From positions 2,482-66,481 of IMG/VR virus record IMGVR_UViG_3300044618_002075: a stretch of 64,000 nt of DNA. One strand, given 5' to 3'. The notes under the pieces were generated by a model that was not told the DNA's origin, did no database searches, and saw only the letters and a program-made list of their open reading frames with translations. A program made the translations under genes and the position numbers. This DNA comes from a virus. This document shows, one piece after another, positions 47,044 through 55,120 of the stretch. Position 1 is the first letter of the stretch. The number at the start of each line of letters is the position of its first letter.

Positions 47044-47705
47044 ACGTACTTCGTCTTCTTGGTGCGAGTCTCGCACCCGGTGCCCCGGCCCCGGGACGGG
47101 GCCTTGACCTTGCCGCCCTTCTTGAACGCAGGGATGTCTTCGGCTTCGCGCATCAAGGGATTGCGTGCGGCAGGCGCTGCACGCCCTGCCCCCATACGTC
47201 CAGCAAGCGCACGAAGGCCCACGTTGGCGCCTGCGCCACCAAGCAAACTGAGCGCAGCCATCGTGCGGTTCTTGGCTTCGTCTCGCTCTTCCTCAGGACT
47301 CTTCGTTCCTGGCAAACGCCGAAACCGTTCCGCAGCATCCTCTGCTGCAGGTGTGGCAGATTCTTTCGTTCCAAGAAGCGAGCGCAGCGACATGGGCGCT
47401 GGCGCCACATTCGCTCCCTGCACACCTCGCGCCGCAGGACTGGCCGCAGAAGGCCCACGCCCCTTGTCTGCGTTCAACAGATCCCGAAGCGTCTTGTCAG
47501 CACCGAACTTCTGACGAAAGTCCGCGAGCTCTTCTGCACTGACCAGCGCTTTGCCGTCCACCTTGGGGCGGTCGGCCATAGGACCGGACCACTTTTTGCG
47601 TGCCCGGGGAGTAGCTGCGTACGACTCGACAGCCCCGCGATTGCGAGACTGCAGCCGATTCAAAGCAGTCCTGGTCTCATCGTCGTAGCCCGAGTTCATC
47701 GCCAT
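47040..47705 (-). CDS. putative virion protein
   Basis: C-terminal FKKGGKV...RGTGC. Confidence 0.65.
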   Translation of the reverse strand: MAMNSGYDDETRTALNRLQSRNRGAVESYAATPRARKKWSGPMADRPKVDGKALVSAEELADFRQKFGADKTLRDLLNADKGRGPSAASPAARGVQGANVAPAPMSLRSLLGTKESATPAAEDAAERFRRLPGTKSPEEERDEAKNRTMAALSLLGGAGANVGLRALAGRMGAGRAAPAARNPLMREAEDIPAFKKGGKVKAPSRGRGTGCETRTKKTKYV

Positions 47706-47706
47706 A

Positions 47707-47949
47707 TCACACCATCTTGCCGCGCGTGTGGCCCTTGCTGACGCAGCCATCTGCGCGGGTGACTCCGCCCTTGGCGTACTTCTTGGTCATGCCGCCCATC
47801 GCCTTCTTGACCGGAGGCTTCGGCGGGTAGTCCTTCTTGGTCTGGGCTTCCGCCTTGCGCTCAGCGGCCTTGCGCTGCGCAGGGGACAGGGACGACGCCA
47901 TATCGATGTCAATCGGAGGCGGACCCATTTCCTTGGTGTACATAGCCAT
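47707..47949 (-). CDS. small basic protein
   Basis: YAKGGVTRADGCVSKGHTRGKMV; GAGGAG RBS. Confidence 0.7.
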   Translation of the reverse strand: MAMYTKEMGPPPIDIDMASSLSPAQRKAAERKAEAQTKKDYPPKPPVKKAMGGMTKKYAKGGVTRADGCVSKGHTRGKMV

Positions 47950-47960
47950 GTGTGTTCTCC

Positions 47961-48266
47961 TCAGCAGGCTTTGCCGCCGTATGCCATCTTCTTCGCCGCG
48001 CCACCCTTGGCGAACGGCTTGCCCTTGGGCGTGCCCTTGGCTTCCGCCTTCTCGTGCTTGATCATGGCCTTGGGCGCACCCTTAGCCTTCATGAAGGCGA
48101 GTTCCTTCTTGACCATCTTGGGGGATTCTTTCACGGAGCCTCCTTCGGCCTTATGGGCTTCGAACTTCAGGCCAACGGCCTGGGGGATGCCCACCTTCTT
48201 GGCGAAGCCTGGGCTGTGCGCGACGGCCCGCATGAGCCGCTCTTGCTTGGGAGAACTATACGGCAT
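47961..48266 (-). CDS. small basic protein
   Basis: SPKQERLMRAVAH...FAKKVGIPQ; three GG motifs. Confidence 0.7.
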   Translation of the reverse strand: MPYSSPKQERLMRAVAHSPGFAKKVGIPQAVGLKFEAHKAEGGSVKESPKMVKKELAFMKAKGAPKAMIKHEKAEAKGTPKGKPFAKGGAAKKMAYGGKAC

Positions 48267-48501
48267 GGGGCTTGCTTCGTAGATTGTCGATCTTCGACTC
48301 AATCCTGTCAAAGCGTTCGATCAACTCTTTCATGTCCTGCCGGAACTCTGAGCGGGTGATGTGATCCCGGGCCACTTCCTCTCGCGTTCTGTTGAGCAGA
48401 ATGCTGATACGGTCGAGTTCTTTGAACTTTGATGCCATGAAGAAGCCGACAATCGCTAAAAGAACCGTAAGGATGGCGTTCCATACCGCAACAAGATCCA
48501 T
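48256..48501 (-). CDS. single-TM coiled-coil protein
   Basis: N-terminal hydrophobic helix, LLNRTREE. Confidence 0.7.
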   Translation of the reverse strand: MDLVAVWNAILTVLLAIVGFFMASKFKELDRISILLNRTREEVARDHITRSEFRQDMKELIERFDRIESKIDNLRSKPHAV

Positions 48502-48511
48502 ACGTCACCAC

Positions 48512-48766
48512 TCAGCAGTTCCACGCCCGCAGGCTCTTGTTGATACGGGAATTCGGATCTTTTGCCGTCTTTTCTGACGTCAGCTTTGCCTTCATCCCTT
48601 TCATGCGGGCGCAAAACGAGTCACGACGGGGACCACCTTCCGGTTGCGGCGCTTTCAATCCGGGCTTTCCGGGGTTGGCTTTGTTGTAGCTGGCGCGGCC
48701 TTTGGCGTTGAGTCCGCCGGACTCAGACTTGCCCTCTTTGCGTTGCCATGCAGGGGTCTTAGCCAT
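48512..48766 (-). CDS. small basic conserved phage protein
   Basis: GGLNAKGRASYN...RRDSFCARM...RAWNC. Confidence 0.75.
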   Translation of the reverse strand: MAKTPAWQRKEGKSESGGLNAKGRASYNKANPGKPGLKAPQPEGGPRRDSFCARMKGMKAKLTSEKTAKDPNSRINKSLRAWNC

Positions 48767-48773
48767 GTTGACC

Positions 48774-48953
48774 TCAGTCCGTCAGACCCGCAGAGACAGG
48801 TTCCTGTGCCGCTTTGATTTGCGCTTCGCCCTGTTGCTTCAGCCGCATCCAGAGGTCAACGGTGGCCTCCAGCGGCAGCTTGCCCAGGCCCGCCATGATT
48901 AGGTTGACGTCGTTGACGGACAGGTCGGTCAGGGTGATCTTGATGTCGTTCAT
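48774..48953 (-). CDS. small protein (59 aa), likely fibre-associated; not in ORF track
   Basis: Manual translation MNDIKITLTDLSVNDVNLIMAGLGKLP... Confidence 0.65.
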   Translation of the reverse strand: MNDIKITLTDLSVNDVNLIMAGLGKLPLEATVDLWMRLKQQGEAQIKAAQEPVSAGLTD

Positions 48954-48954
48954 G

Positions 48955-49287
48955 TCAGGCTTGGGTAGTTGCCCACGGCAGCGGGGGCATGATGACCGGA
49001 GGGTTGATCTGGTTGTCGATCTGCTGCGCCACAGCGGCTTCAGTGGCGGCCTTGTTCACGCCCGAGCCCCAGCACCAGGACAGCACCTGCTCCTGCGTCA
49101 GGTCGGCGTAGGGCGTGAAAGAGCCGTCAGCCTCAGCGGCTTGGGTGAAAGAGCAGGTTGAGTACACCGTGCCGGTGTAGGCTCCGTCAGTGCCCGTGCA
49201 GCGCCAGCCGCATTCGATGACGTACTCCGGCGGGGTTGCGGTGGTGGGGGTGGTGCGAAGCCATTCGATGGTCCAGGTGATGTTCAT
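48955..49287 (-). CDS. fibre-associated hypothetical protein
   Basis: FTPYADLTQEQVLSW...PLPW. Confidence 0.7.
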   Translation of the reverse strand: MNITWTIEWLRTTPTTATPPEYVIECGWRCTGTDGAYTGTVYSTCSFTQAAEADGSFTPYADLTQEQVLSWCWGSGVNKAATEAAVAQQIDNQINPPVIMPPLPWATTQA

Positions 49288-49305
49288 GGTGTGGTCCTTT
49301 CAGTG

Positions 49306-50184
49306 TCAGGGGCCGGCGTCGCGCCATGCGCCACCGGAGTAAAAGTAAAGCTTGTTGTTCGTGGTGTCGACCACGATGGGGACGCGGCCCGTGTAGGCCG
49401 TTGGCGTTCCGGTGGGGGTTCCTGCGCAACCGGGGACGTAGAGAAAGCCGTCAGTTGCGTTGGTTGCAATAGCTGCGGTGCCGATCACCATGCCGCCAGC
49501 GGCGGGGATGCGGGCGCGTTCAGTGTCGTTGGTGCCAAATACCAGCGCCCTTGCACCGGTAGAGCCAATTGCAAAATCTGTCGCGCCGGCACCTGCAGCC
49601 ACACCAGCGCCATTGCCAACATAGCCCAGCGTCGTGGAGTTGTATTTCCAGCCCGTGTATGAACTTGCCGCACTCTCAGAGCCAAAAATTGCAGCCAGCC
49701 CAGCAGTAACGACTACGTCAAGTTTTGCATCAGGCGAACTCGTCCCAATCCCCAGCCCGGTGCTGGTGAGGCGCATTTGTTCGGCGGCTTGCACATAAAA
49801 CACTATCGGAGTGCCAGCAAGCCCCAAATGTGTTTCAGAACCCGCGTCGTTTATCCCGGCAATAGCATTGCTTCCATATCCCGCAATGCCATTAACAAGA
49901 ACTCTAAAGTTTGTGCCGTTTCTTACATCCAGCTTTCCAAAGCCGGTAGTCGAACCGCCGACCCCCAAATTCGTCCCATCAAACGTCAACCCACTCCCGC
50001 TAGTCACCACCTTGCTGCCGTTGAGGTAGAGCACGCCGTTGGCGGTGCCCGAAGGCACCGTGCCGGTCAGAAGTGCTGCTGCCGTCGTTTGCTTCGTTGT
50101 CGCGCCCTGGACAATAGGGACAAGCTCCGTACCCGCCAAAGGCGTGGTAGCTACGGGCAACTGGGAGATTTTGAGATCAGCCAT
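49306..50184 (-). CDS. short tail fibre / spike protein
   Basis: MADLKISQLP, GLGIGTSSP, TERARI repeats. Confidence 0.7.
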   Translation of the reverse strand: MADLKISQLPVATTPLAGTELVPIVQGATTKQTTAAALLTGTVPSGTANGVLYLNGSKVVTSGSGLTFDGTNLGVGGSTTGFGKLDVRNGTNFRVLVNGIAGYGSNAIAGINDAGSETHLGLAGTPIVFYVQAAEQMRLTSTGLGIGTSSPDAKLDVVVTAGLAAIFGSESAASSYTGWKYNSTTLGYVGNGAGVAAGAGATDFAIGSTGARALVFGTNDTERARIPAAGGMVIGTAAIATNATDGFLYVPGCAGTPTGTPTAYTGRVPIVVDTTNNKLYFYSGGAWRDAGP

Positions 50185-50326
50185 TGTTGGCCTCCAAACC
50201 GATCTTTGAACCGTCTTCTTGCAAGAGGAAACTACCATCCTCGATCAGCAAAAATGAATACGGGGGCGCGTAAGCCCCCGCTCTGTAGGTCCACGCAGGT
50301 AGTGTAAACCCGTAAGAGAAGGCCAT
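50177..50326 (-). CDS. small protein with LLxEDG repeats
   Basis: FLLIEDGSFLLQEDG. Confidence 0.6.
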   Translation of the reverse strand: MAFSYGFTLPAWTYRAGAYAPPYSFLLIEDGSFLLQEDGSKIGLEANNG

Positions 50327-50589
50327 TAAAACACTCGCACAAGGTTTGTTGCCGTAGTGCCAGTTGTCCAAACACGACGCACTTGCACCGGAATAACCGC
50401 CCCCGGCGGGACCCCTAGAAACGTGACCTCAGTGCCCTGAGCCGTGGTTACCTTCACCGCTCCCGTAGTGCCAAAAGCTCCTACGTAAATAATAGAGATT
50501 TCAGGCAGGTCTTGCGTATCACTGGTCGTGACAGCAGCCGCATCCCCGGGGAACATGGGGAAAGTGGGGGAGTAATGAGTCTTGGCCAT
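50326..50589 (-). CDS. putative capsid spike-base / decoration protein
   Basis: IYVG...VTF...PVQVRRVWTTGTTAT. Confidence 0.65.
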   Translation of the reverse strand: MAKTHYSPTFPMFPGDAAAVTTSDTQDLPEISIIYVGAFGTTGAVKVTTAQGTEVTFLGVPPGAVIPVQVRRVWTTGTTATNLVRVF

Positions 50590-50604
50590 GCGCGGCTCCT
50601 ACAA

Positions 50605-50626
50605 GAAGGGGGCCGAAGCCCCCTTC
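50605..50626 (-). terminator. cUUCGg hairpin, weak terminator
   Basis: GAAGGGGGC-TTCG-GCCCCCTTC on - strand, short T tract. Confidence 0.5.
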
Positions 50627-50627
50627 A

Positions 50628-51122
50628 TCAGTTCTGGAAGGTGGTCGGTGCTTGAGCGCCGTCGTCCGCACGTTGGATGTATTCCACCGTCACCACTACA
50701 GCACCAGCAGTGGGGTTACCGCCCGCCGCAGTGAACGTACCAGTCACCACCACATCAGTTGTACCAATGTTGTTGGTAGCCGAAGATACCAGCGCGGCGT
50801 CCAACGTGGCCCGAGCAGTCTGCGCCGTGGTCAAACCGATGTCAATCGTGGTCTGATACGCATTGGCAGTGCCGCTATTACCAAAGGTCGTGTTCACCGC
50901 ACTGACCGACCCGCCAGAAATGGCCGTCGTCTTCTCAACCGTGAAACGCAAGATCTTGGAACCTGCCGGGAGAGTGAACAGGTTTTGCGCCGTGGGCGAC
51001 CCGGTCATCACAGAGGAGGCAACGTTGGCTGATTGCGTCAGAACCGGCAGACCGGTGTTCGTGCCAGCACCGTAGCGTTGCGTGCCCGAGCGGAGCGGAC
51101 CAGAGAAAGTCGAGAAGCTCAT
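50628..51122 (-). CDS. putative capsid decoration protein
   Basis: STFSGPLRS, LPAGSKI, GAVVVTVEY; follows major capsid gene. Confidence 0.65.
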   Translation of the reverse strand: MSFSTFSGPLRSGTQRYGAGTNTGLPVLTQSANVASSVMTGSPTAQNLFTLPAGSKILRFTVEKTTAISGGSVSAVNTTFGNSGTANAYQTTIDIGLTTAQTARATLDAALVSSATNNIGTTDVVVTGTFTAAGGNPTAGAVVVTVEYIQRADDGAQAPTTFQN

Positions 51123-51240
51123 GGTTTTTCCTCAATCTGCACCCGCCGTCCTTGAGGGAGGTCTGCCGAGTCAGTCGGCGGGCTGTGATGGTTCTCGGGC
51201 GCCCGTTCGGGCTATGCCCGAGCCTAGCATATTGGAGAGC

Positions 51241-51269
51241 AAAAGAAAAGGCCCGCCGAAGCGGGCCTT
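51241..51269 (-). terminator. intrinsic terminator after major capsid gene
   Basis: AAGGCCCGC-TTCG-GCGGGCCTT-TTCTTTT. Confidence 0.85.
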
Positions 51270-51286
51270 GGACACGCACCTGGGTA

Positions 51287-52195
51287 TCAGGCGCCGGGGG
51301 AACCGAAGGCACCCAGCGGGTCGCTGACGCCGAAGCTGTAACGCTCACGGGCCTTGTAGCGGCTGTTGCCGGTGTCGAAGTCGGCGTCCATGCTGGTTGC
51401 CAGGGGCACCCGCACGAAGTGCTTCAGACCATTCGGAACGTCCGTCGTCAGGAACCACGCGTTGGTGTCCGTCAACCAGTGGTTGATGGTGTAGCCTTCG
51501 GGGACGCTGCCGTTGTTCTTCAGGGCGTTGATGTCGTTGTCGGTGGTGCCAACACGGAGGTTGGTCTCCAACAGACGCGTAGCAACGAACTGGAGCGCCG
51601 GGGGCACGATCAGCTTGCGGGGCTTGGCGGCGATGAGCAGACCACGCTCGTCCGTCCAACCAGCGATCTGGATCACAGCCGCTTCGAGGGACGTTTCGTT
51701 CAGGTCCGCACCCGTCGCGGGACGGTTGCTGTTGACGCCACCAGACACCAGCGGGTGCGCGGTGCTGAACAGAGGCTGACCGTCGCCGTAGGTCACGGCG
51801 CTGGCGAAACCGTTGTTCAGGATGGCGGCGGCCTTGACCTGCTTGGTGTACGCCATTGCCCGGGCGAGGGCCTTGGTGTACCGCCCCGACAGACTGTCGT
51901 ACAAGTTGTCTTCCATCGCCTCTTCGGTGATGGAGAAACCCATAGCGATGGTCTCGTGGTTGTAACGAGCGGTCCAGGCTTCCTGCGCGTTGTCGTAGGA
52001 GACGGCTTGGCCTTCGTTCTTCACCGGAGCGGCGCTGAAGCCGGAGAGCTTGGTCTCCTCTTCAAACGAGCGGTCGGAGGTCTCCGTTTCGTAGATCTCC
52101 TTGTGCTCTTCGCCGTAGCGCTTGTACTCCAGACCGAACAGGGCGTTGAGACCGGGGAGCAGTTCCTTGAGAAGCTGGGCACGAGAAATTGCCAT
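51287..52195 (-). CDS. major capsid protein (Mu gpT-like family)
   Basis: MAISRAQLLKELLPGLNALFG, ITEEAMEDNLY, YKARERYSFG; strong RBS and terminator. Confidence 0.9.
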   Translation of the reverse strand: MAISRAQLLKELLPGLNALFGLEYKRYGEEHKEIYETETSDRSFEEETKLSGFSAAPVKNEGQAVSYDNAQEAWTARYNHETIAMGFSITEEAMEDNLYDSLSGRYTKALARAMAYTKQVKAAAILNNGFASAVTYGDGQPLFSTAHPLVSGGVNSNRPATGADLNETSLEAAVIQIAGWTDERGLLIAAKPRKLIVPPALQFVATRLLETNLRVGTTDNDINALKNNGSVPEGYTINHWLTDTNAWFLTTDVPNGLKHFVRVPLATSMDADFDTGNSRYKARERYSFGVSDPLGAFGSPGA

Positions 52196-52210
52196 GATGG
52201 ATGCTCCTTA

Positions 52211-53140
52211 TCAGGCGATCTGGGTGGCGTTGTAGTACGAGTGGTAGCCGAAGTTCATCTTGACGAGAACCTCAGAGTACCCGACGAAAGCCACCGGCGA
52301 TCCGCTGGCAGCGGTGACACTGGCGGACACCGTCACAGCCGTCGAACTGGTAACCGCCGTCACGTAGGTGTACAGACCTTGAGCGCCGCCCGCCGTGGCC
52401 GCAGGGATGATGACCTGCATGCCCGGGAACACGCCCGTGGTAGACCCCACCGTCAGCGACGTAGACGACGCACCGGCAGTCAGCGCCGTGGTCACCGTGC
52501 TGGCGGTATCCGGCACCAGTTGAACGATGCGGAACGGCGCCGTGGTGCTGTTGTCCTTGCGGACGTTGCCCGTGCCGTTGCTTGCACCCGGGGTGTTGCC
52601 CGTGACGCCCGCCAGCGAGTTGCCCGTGGCCGTCGAACCGCCGTTGCCCGTAACGAAGTAGGCGTTGGTGCCCACGAACGCTTGCGACATGAAGCCGATG
52701 GTCGTGCCCGTGTTGGCGTTGGTTGCGCCGGTCTGGGTCAGGACAGCGGCCTTGAAGATCGCGTCGGGATCATCCAGCACGTAGGCCACGGCGTCTTGCG
52801 CCACCGTACCCGCAGGCCAGTACTGCTGACGGATCTTGCCGAAGATCGGACCCGAGGGCGGGCTGTATTCGCAGCCCAGGAAGACACCGACGGTGCCGGG
52901 AACCGCCGCCTGAGCCGCCTGCGAAGTGCTGGGGACCGTGGTGGAGGTGACGATTGCCGAACCGGCCACACCAGAAGCGGCGGTGGTGCCGGTGGCAAGT
53001 TGGACGAGGTCGCCGTTGAAGATCGACGTGTTGTAGCCCGACGTAATCGGCACCATGCGCGTCGAACCAGCGAAAACCTGACCACCGATCAGATTGACCG
53101 GCTCAAGGCCGTAGGGCCGATCAATAGTGGGGTAAGCCAT
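52211..53140 (-). CDS. putative minor capsid / cement protein
   Basis: PYGLEPV, IFNGDLV, GVFLGCEY, VLDDP; precedes major capsid gene. Confidence 0.7.
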   Translation of the reverse strand: MAYPTIDRPYGLEPVNLIGGQVFAGSTRMVPITSGYNTSIFNGDLVQLATGTTAASGVAGSAIVTSTTVPSTSQAAQAAVPGTVGVFLGCEYSPPSGPIFGKIRQQYWPAGTVAQDAVAYVLDDPDAIFKAAVLTQTGATNANTGTTIGFMSQAFVGTNAYFVTGNGGSTATGNSLAGVTGNTPGASNGTGNVRKDNSTTAPFRIVQLVPDTASTVTTALTAGASSTSLTVGSTTGVFPGMQVIIPAATAGGAQGLYTYVTAVTSSTAVTVSASVTAASGSPVAFVGYSEVLVKMNFGYHSYYNATQIA

Positions 53141-53154
53141 TTATGACTCCTGAA

Positions 53155-53604
53155 TCATTGACCGCGTCCGAACGACACTTCGGAACGACGCTGCTTGAAC
53201 AGCGGCATCCGGGGGTCATTCTCGCGCATGAAGGTGTTGTCCACAGACTCCATCTGCCCCGTCGCCTGACCGGTGTAGAAGGCATTCCGTTGATCAACGA
53301 GTTCTTTGGGGGTTCGGCAAAGAACCAGACCGCCGACTTCCAGCGTACCGGGGATGCGCGATTTCTCGTCGCACAGGTGCTGGAGTTCAGGATGGTCCGA
53401 GACCTTGACAGGCTCCCAGCCTTCGCGGAACTTGGAGGAAATGTTCCTCGGGTCGGCGGAGCCCAAGGTGCTGACGCGAATCCAACGGTACACGTACCCA
53501 GGCGCAGGCGTCGGGTCCGGTAGCAGTTCAGCGGGCTTCCATGTCTGGAGCCGCTCTGTCTTGGCGCGAGATTCCGCTTCGCGGGGGGTTCGTTGGTCAG
53601 CCAT
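53155..53604 (-). CDS. conserved head-module protein
   Basis: GYVYRWIR, REGWEPV, VGGLVLC. Confidence 0.75.
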   Translation of the reverse strand: MADQRTPREAESRAKTERLQTWKPAELLPDPTPAPGYVYRWIRVSTLGSADPRNISSKFREGWEPVKVSDHPELQHLCDEKSRIPGTLEVGGLVLCRTPKELVDQRNAFYTGQATGQMESVDNTFMRENDPRMPLFKQRRSEVSFGRGQ

Positions 53605-54532
53605 TGTCTTTCCTCATCTGGTCCGCTACGGCCCGGGCGTACTGCTCAGCAGTGAGCCCGAGACGCTTTGCAAGATTGACCTGGGTCTGCGTCAGCACGA
53701 TCTTTTTGGGCGCTGTGCTGCGCGTTGCAGGAGCTACGACGCTTGCAGTCTTGGCAGGCTTTGCGGAGGGGAACGCTTCCGGAAAAACCTTGCGCACTTC
53801 TGCGTTGATACGCGCGTAGTAGTCGTCGCTGGCGGTATCTACCCCGCTTTCGACCAACTCCTGATGCACTGCGAGTGCAAAACCGGTCATCCGCTTGTTC
53901 GACCCAAACCACGGATTGGCTTCTTGCCACGCACGGGCTTTGGGTTCGACCTGCGGCGTCGGTGGCGTTTGTACCGCATTTTGTTGCGGTTGTACAGGGG
54001 CTGCAGGCGGTTTGAAAGAATTCAGCCGCTCGCTCTTGTTGACTGCCTTGGCCAGTTCCTCCTGCGCAGCAACAATGCCGTCGGTATCAAAAGCCTCGTG
54101 CGCCTCCTTGAGCTTCTGCTTGGCGGCGGTCACTTCGGCAGATGCCGTTTGCTTGGCCTGCTCCAACAGCGCTTGCTGCCCTTGGCCCAGGGTGCCCTGC
54201 AGCTTCTTGTTCTCCTCCATGAGATTCTGAGCGAGCCGCAGGGCCTCCTCACGCTCCCGCAGTGCCGACTCTTTGGCCCTGCGCTCTTCGTGGTAGCCCT
54301 TGGAGAAGTGCTGGATACGCTGCTTGACGCCCTCGCTGTACTTGGCCAGCTCGTCGTCGGTGACATCTGCCGGAGCCTCCTTCATCGGAGCGCGGCCACG
54401 ATCCGCCTCGGGGGTATCGTCCACCACCTCGACCTCGGTGGCGTTGTCCTCGATCTCGAAATCGACCTTCTCTTCCTTGGTGTTCACCTGGACTTCGTCC
54501 GGGAACTTGAACTCTTCCTTGTCCATGTTCAT
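53597..54532 (-). CDS. putative scaffolding protein
   Basis: Acidic / coiled-coil, W..xNPWFG, LTQTQVNLAKRLG. Confidence 0.7.
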   Translation of the reverse strand: MNMDKEEFKFPDEVQVNTKEEKVDFEIEDNATEVEVVDDTPEADRGRAPMKEAPADVTDDELAKYSEGVKQRIQHFSKGYHEERRAKESALREREEALRLAQNLMEENKKLQGTLGQGQQALLEQAKQTASAEVTAAKQKLKEAHEAFDTDGIVAAQEELAKAVNKSERLNSFKPPAAPVQPQQNAVQTPPTPQVEPKARAWQEANPWFGSNKRMTGFALAVHQELVESGVDTASDDYYARINAEVRKVFPEAFPSAKPAKTASVVAPATRSTAPKKIVLTQTQVNLAKRLGLTAEQYARAVADQMRKDNG

Positions 54533-54927
54533 GCCCTCTGTACGCCGCGCGGGTCTTGAATGACCGCTTCGACGCTGTCGTCGTTGATGATGCGGAACTC
54601 CCGCCCGTGAATCTTCAGCCGCGTGCCGCTGTTGGGACGGACGAGAATGAAGTCGCCCACCTTGCAGGAGGGGCCGGAGGGGAAGCGGATCGGATCCTTG
54701 TAGCAGTCCGGACCCATCTTCACGACGAACAGCACGGGCGACAGCACTTCTTCAAAGTGCATCGTTTGTCCCGCTTTCAGCAGGCCGCTTTCGTACGACT
54801 GTTCAGCCTCCGGGAGCATGCACAGGAGGTGGTAAGTCGCCGGATCAGGCATTTGTCTTGCCTTCTCTTCAGCGGTTTCGGGGAGGACGGTCTCGTTTTG
54901 ACCGTCCGATAGGACAAGCTCAGACAT
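54529..54927 (-). CDS. groES: GroES-like co-chaperonin
   Basis: SGLL mobile loop, VVKMGP, CKVGD, GREFRIINDDSVEAVI. Confidence 0.8.
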   Translation of the reverse strand: MSELVLSDGQNETVLPETAEEKARQMPDPATYHLLCMLPEAEQSYESGLLKAGQTMHFEEVLSPVLFVVKMGPDCYKDPIRFPSGPSCKVGDFILVRPNSGTRLKIHGREFRIINDDSVEAVIQDPRGVQRA

Positions 54928-55117
54928 CTTCGGAAAACTCCAAGTTTCGCACGAGGTCGGTGATGATTGCATGTGCGTGTGAAAGACCCCGGATTTCTCC
55001 GCACATGTTTTGATATTCGGCAAAGTCTTTTGCCGAACCTCCCGCAAGAGCCTGCGTAATAACATCACGCCGCTCTGACAGTTCTTTCAAGACTACGTCA
55101 AACGCAGTAGTCGCCAT
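54920..55117 (-). CDS. small conserved protein
   Basis: DFAEYQNMCGEIRGL. Confidence 0.7.
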   Translation of the reverse strand: MATTAFDVVLKELSERRDVITQALAGGSAKDFAEYQNMCGEIRGLSHAHAIITDLVRNLEFSEDV

Positions 55118-55120
55118 ACA

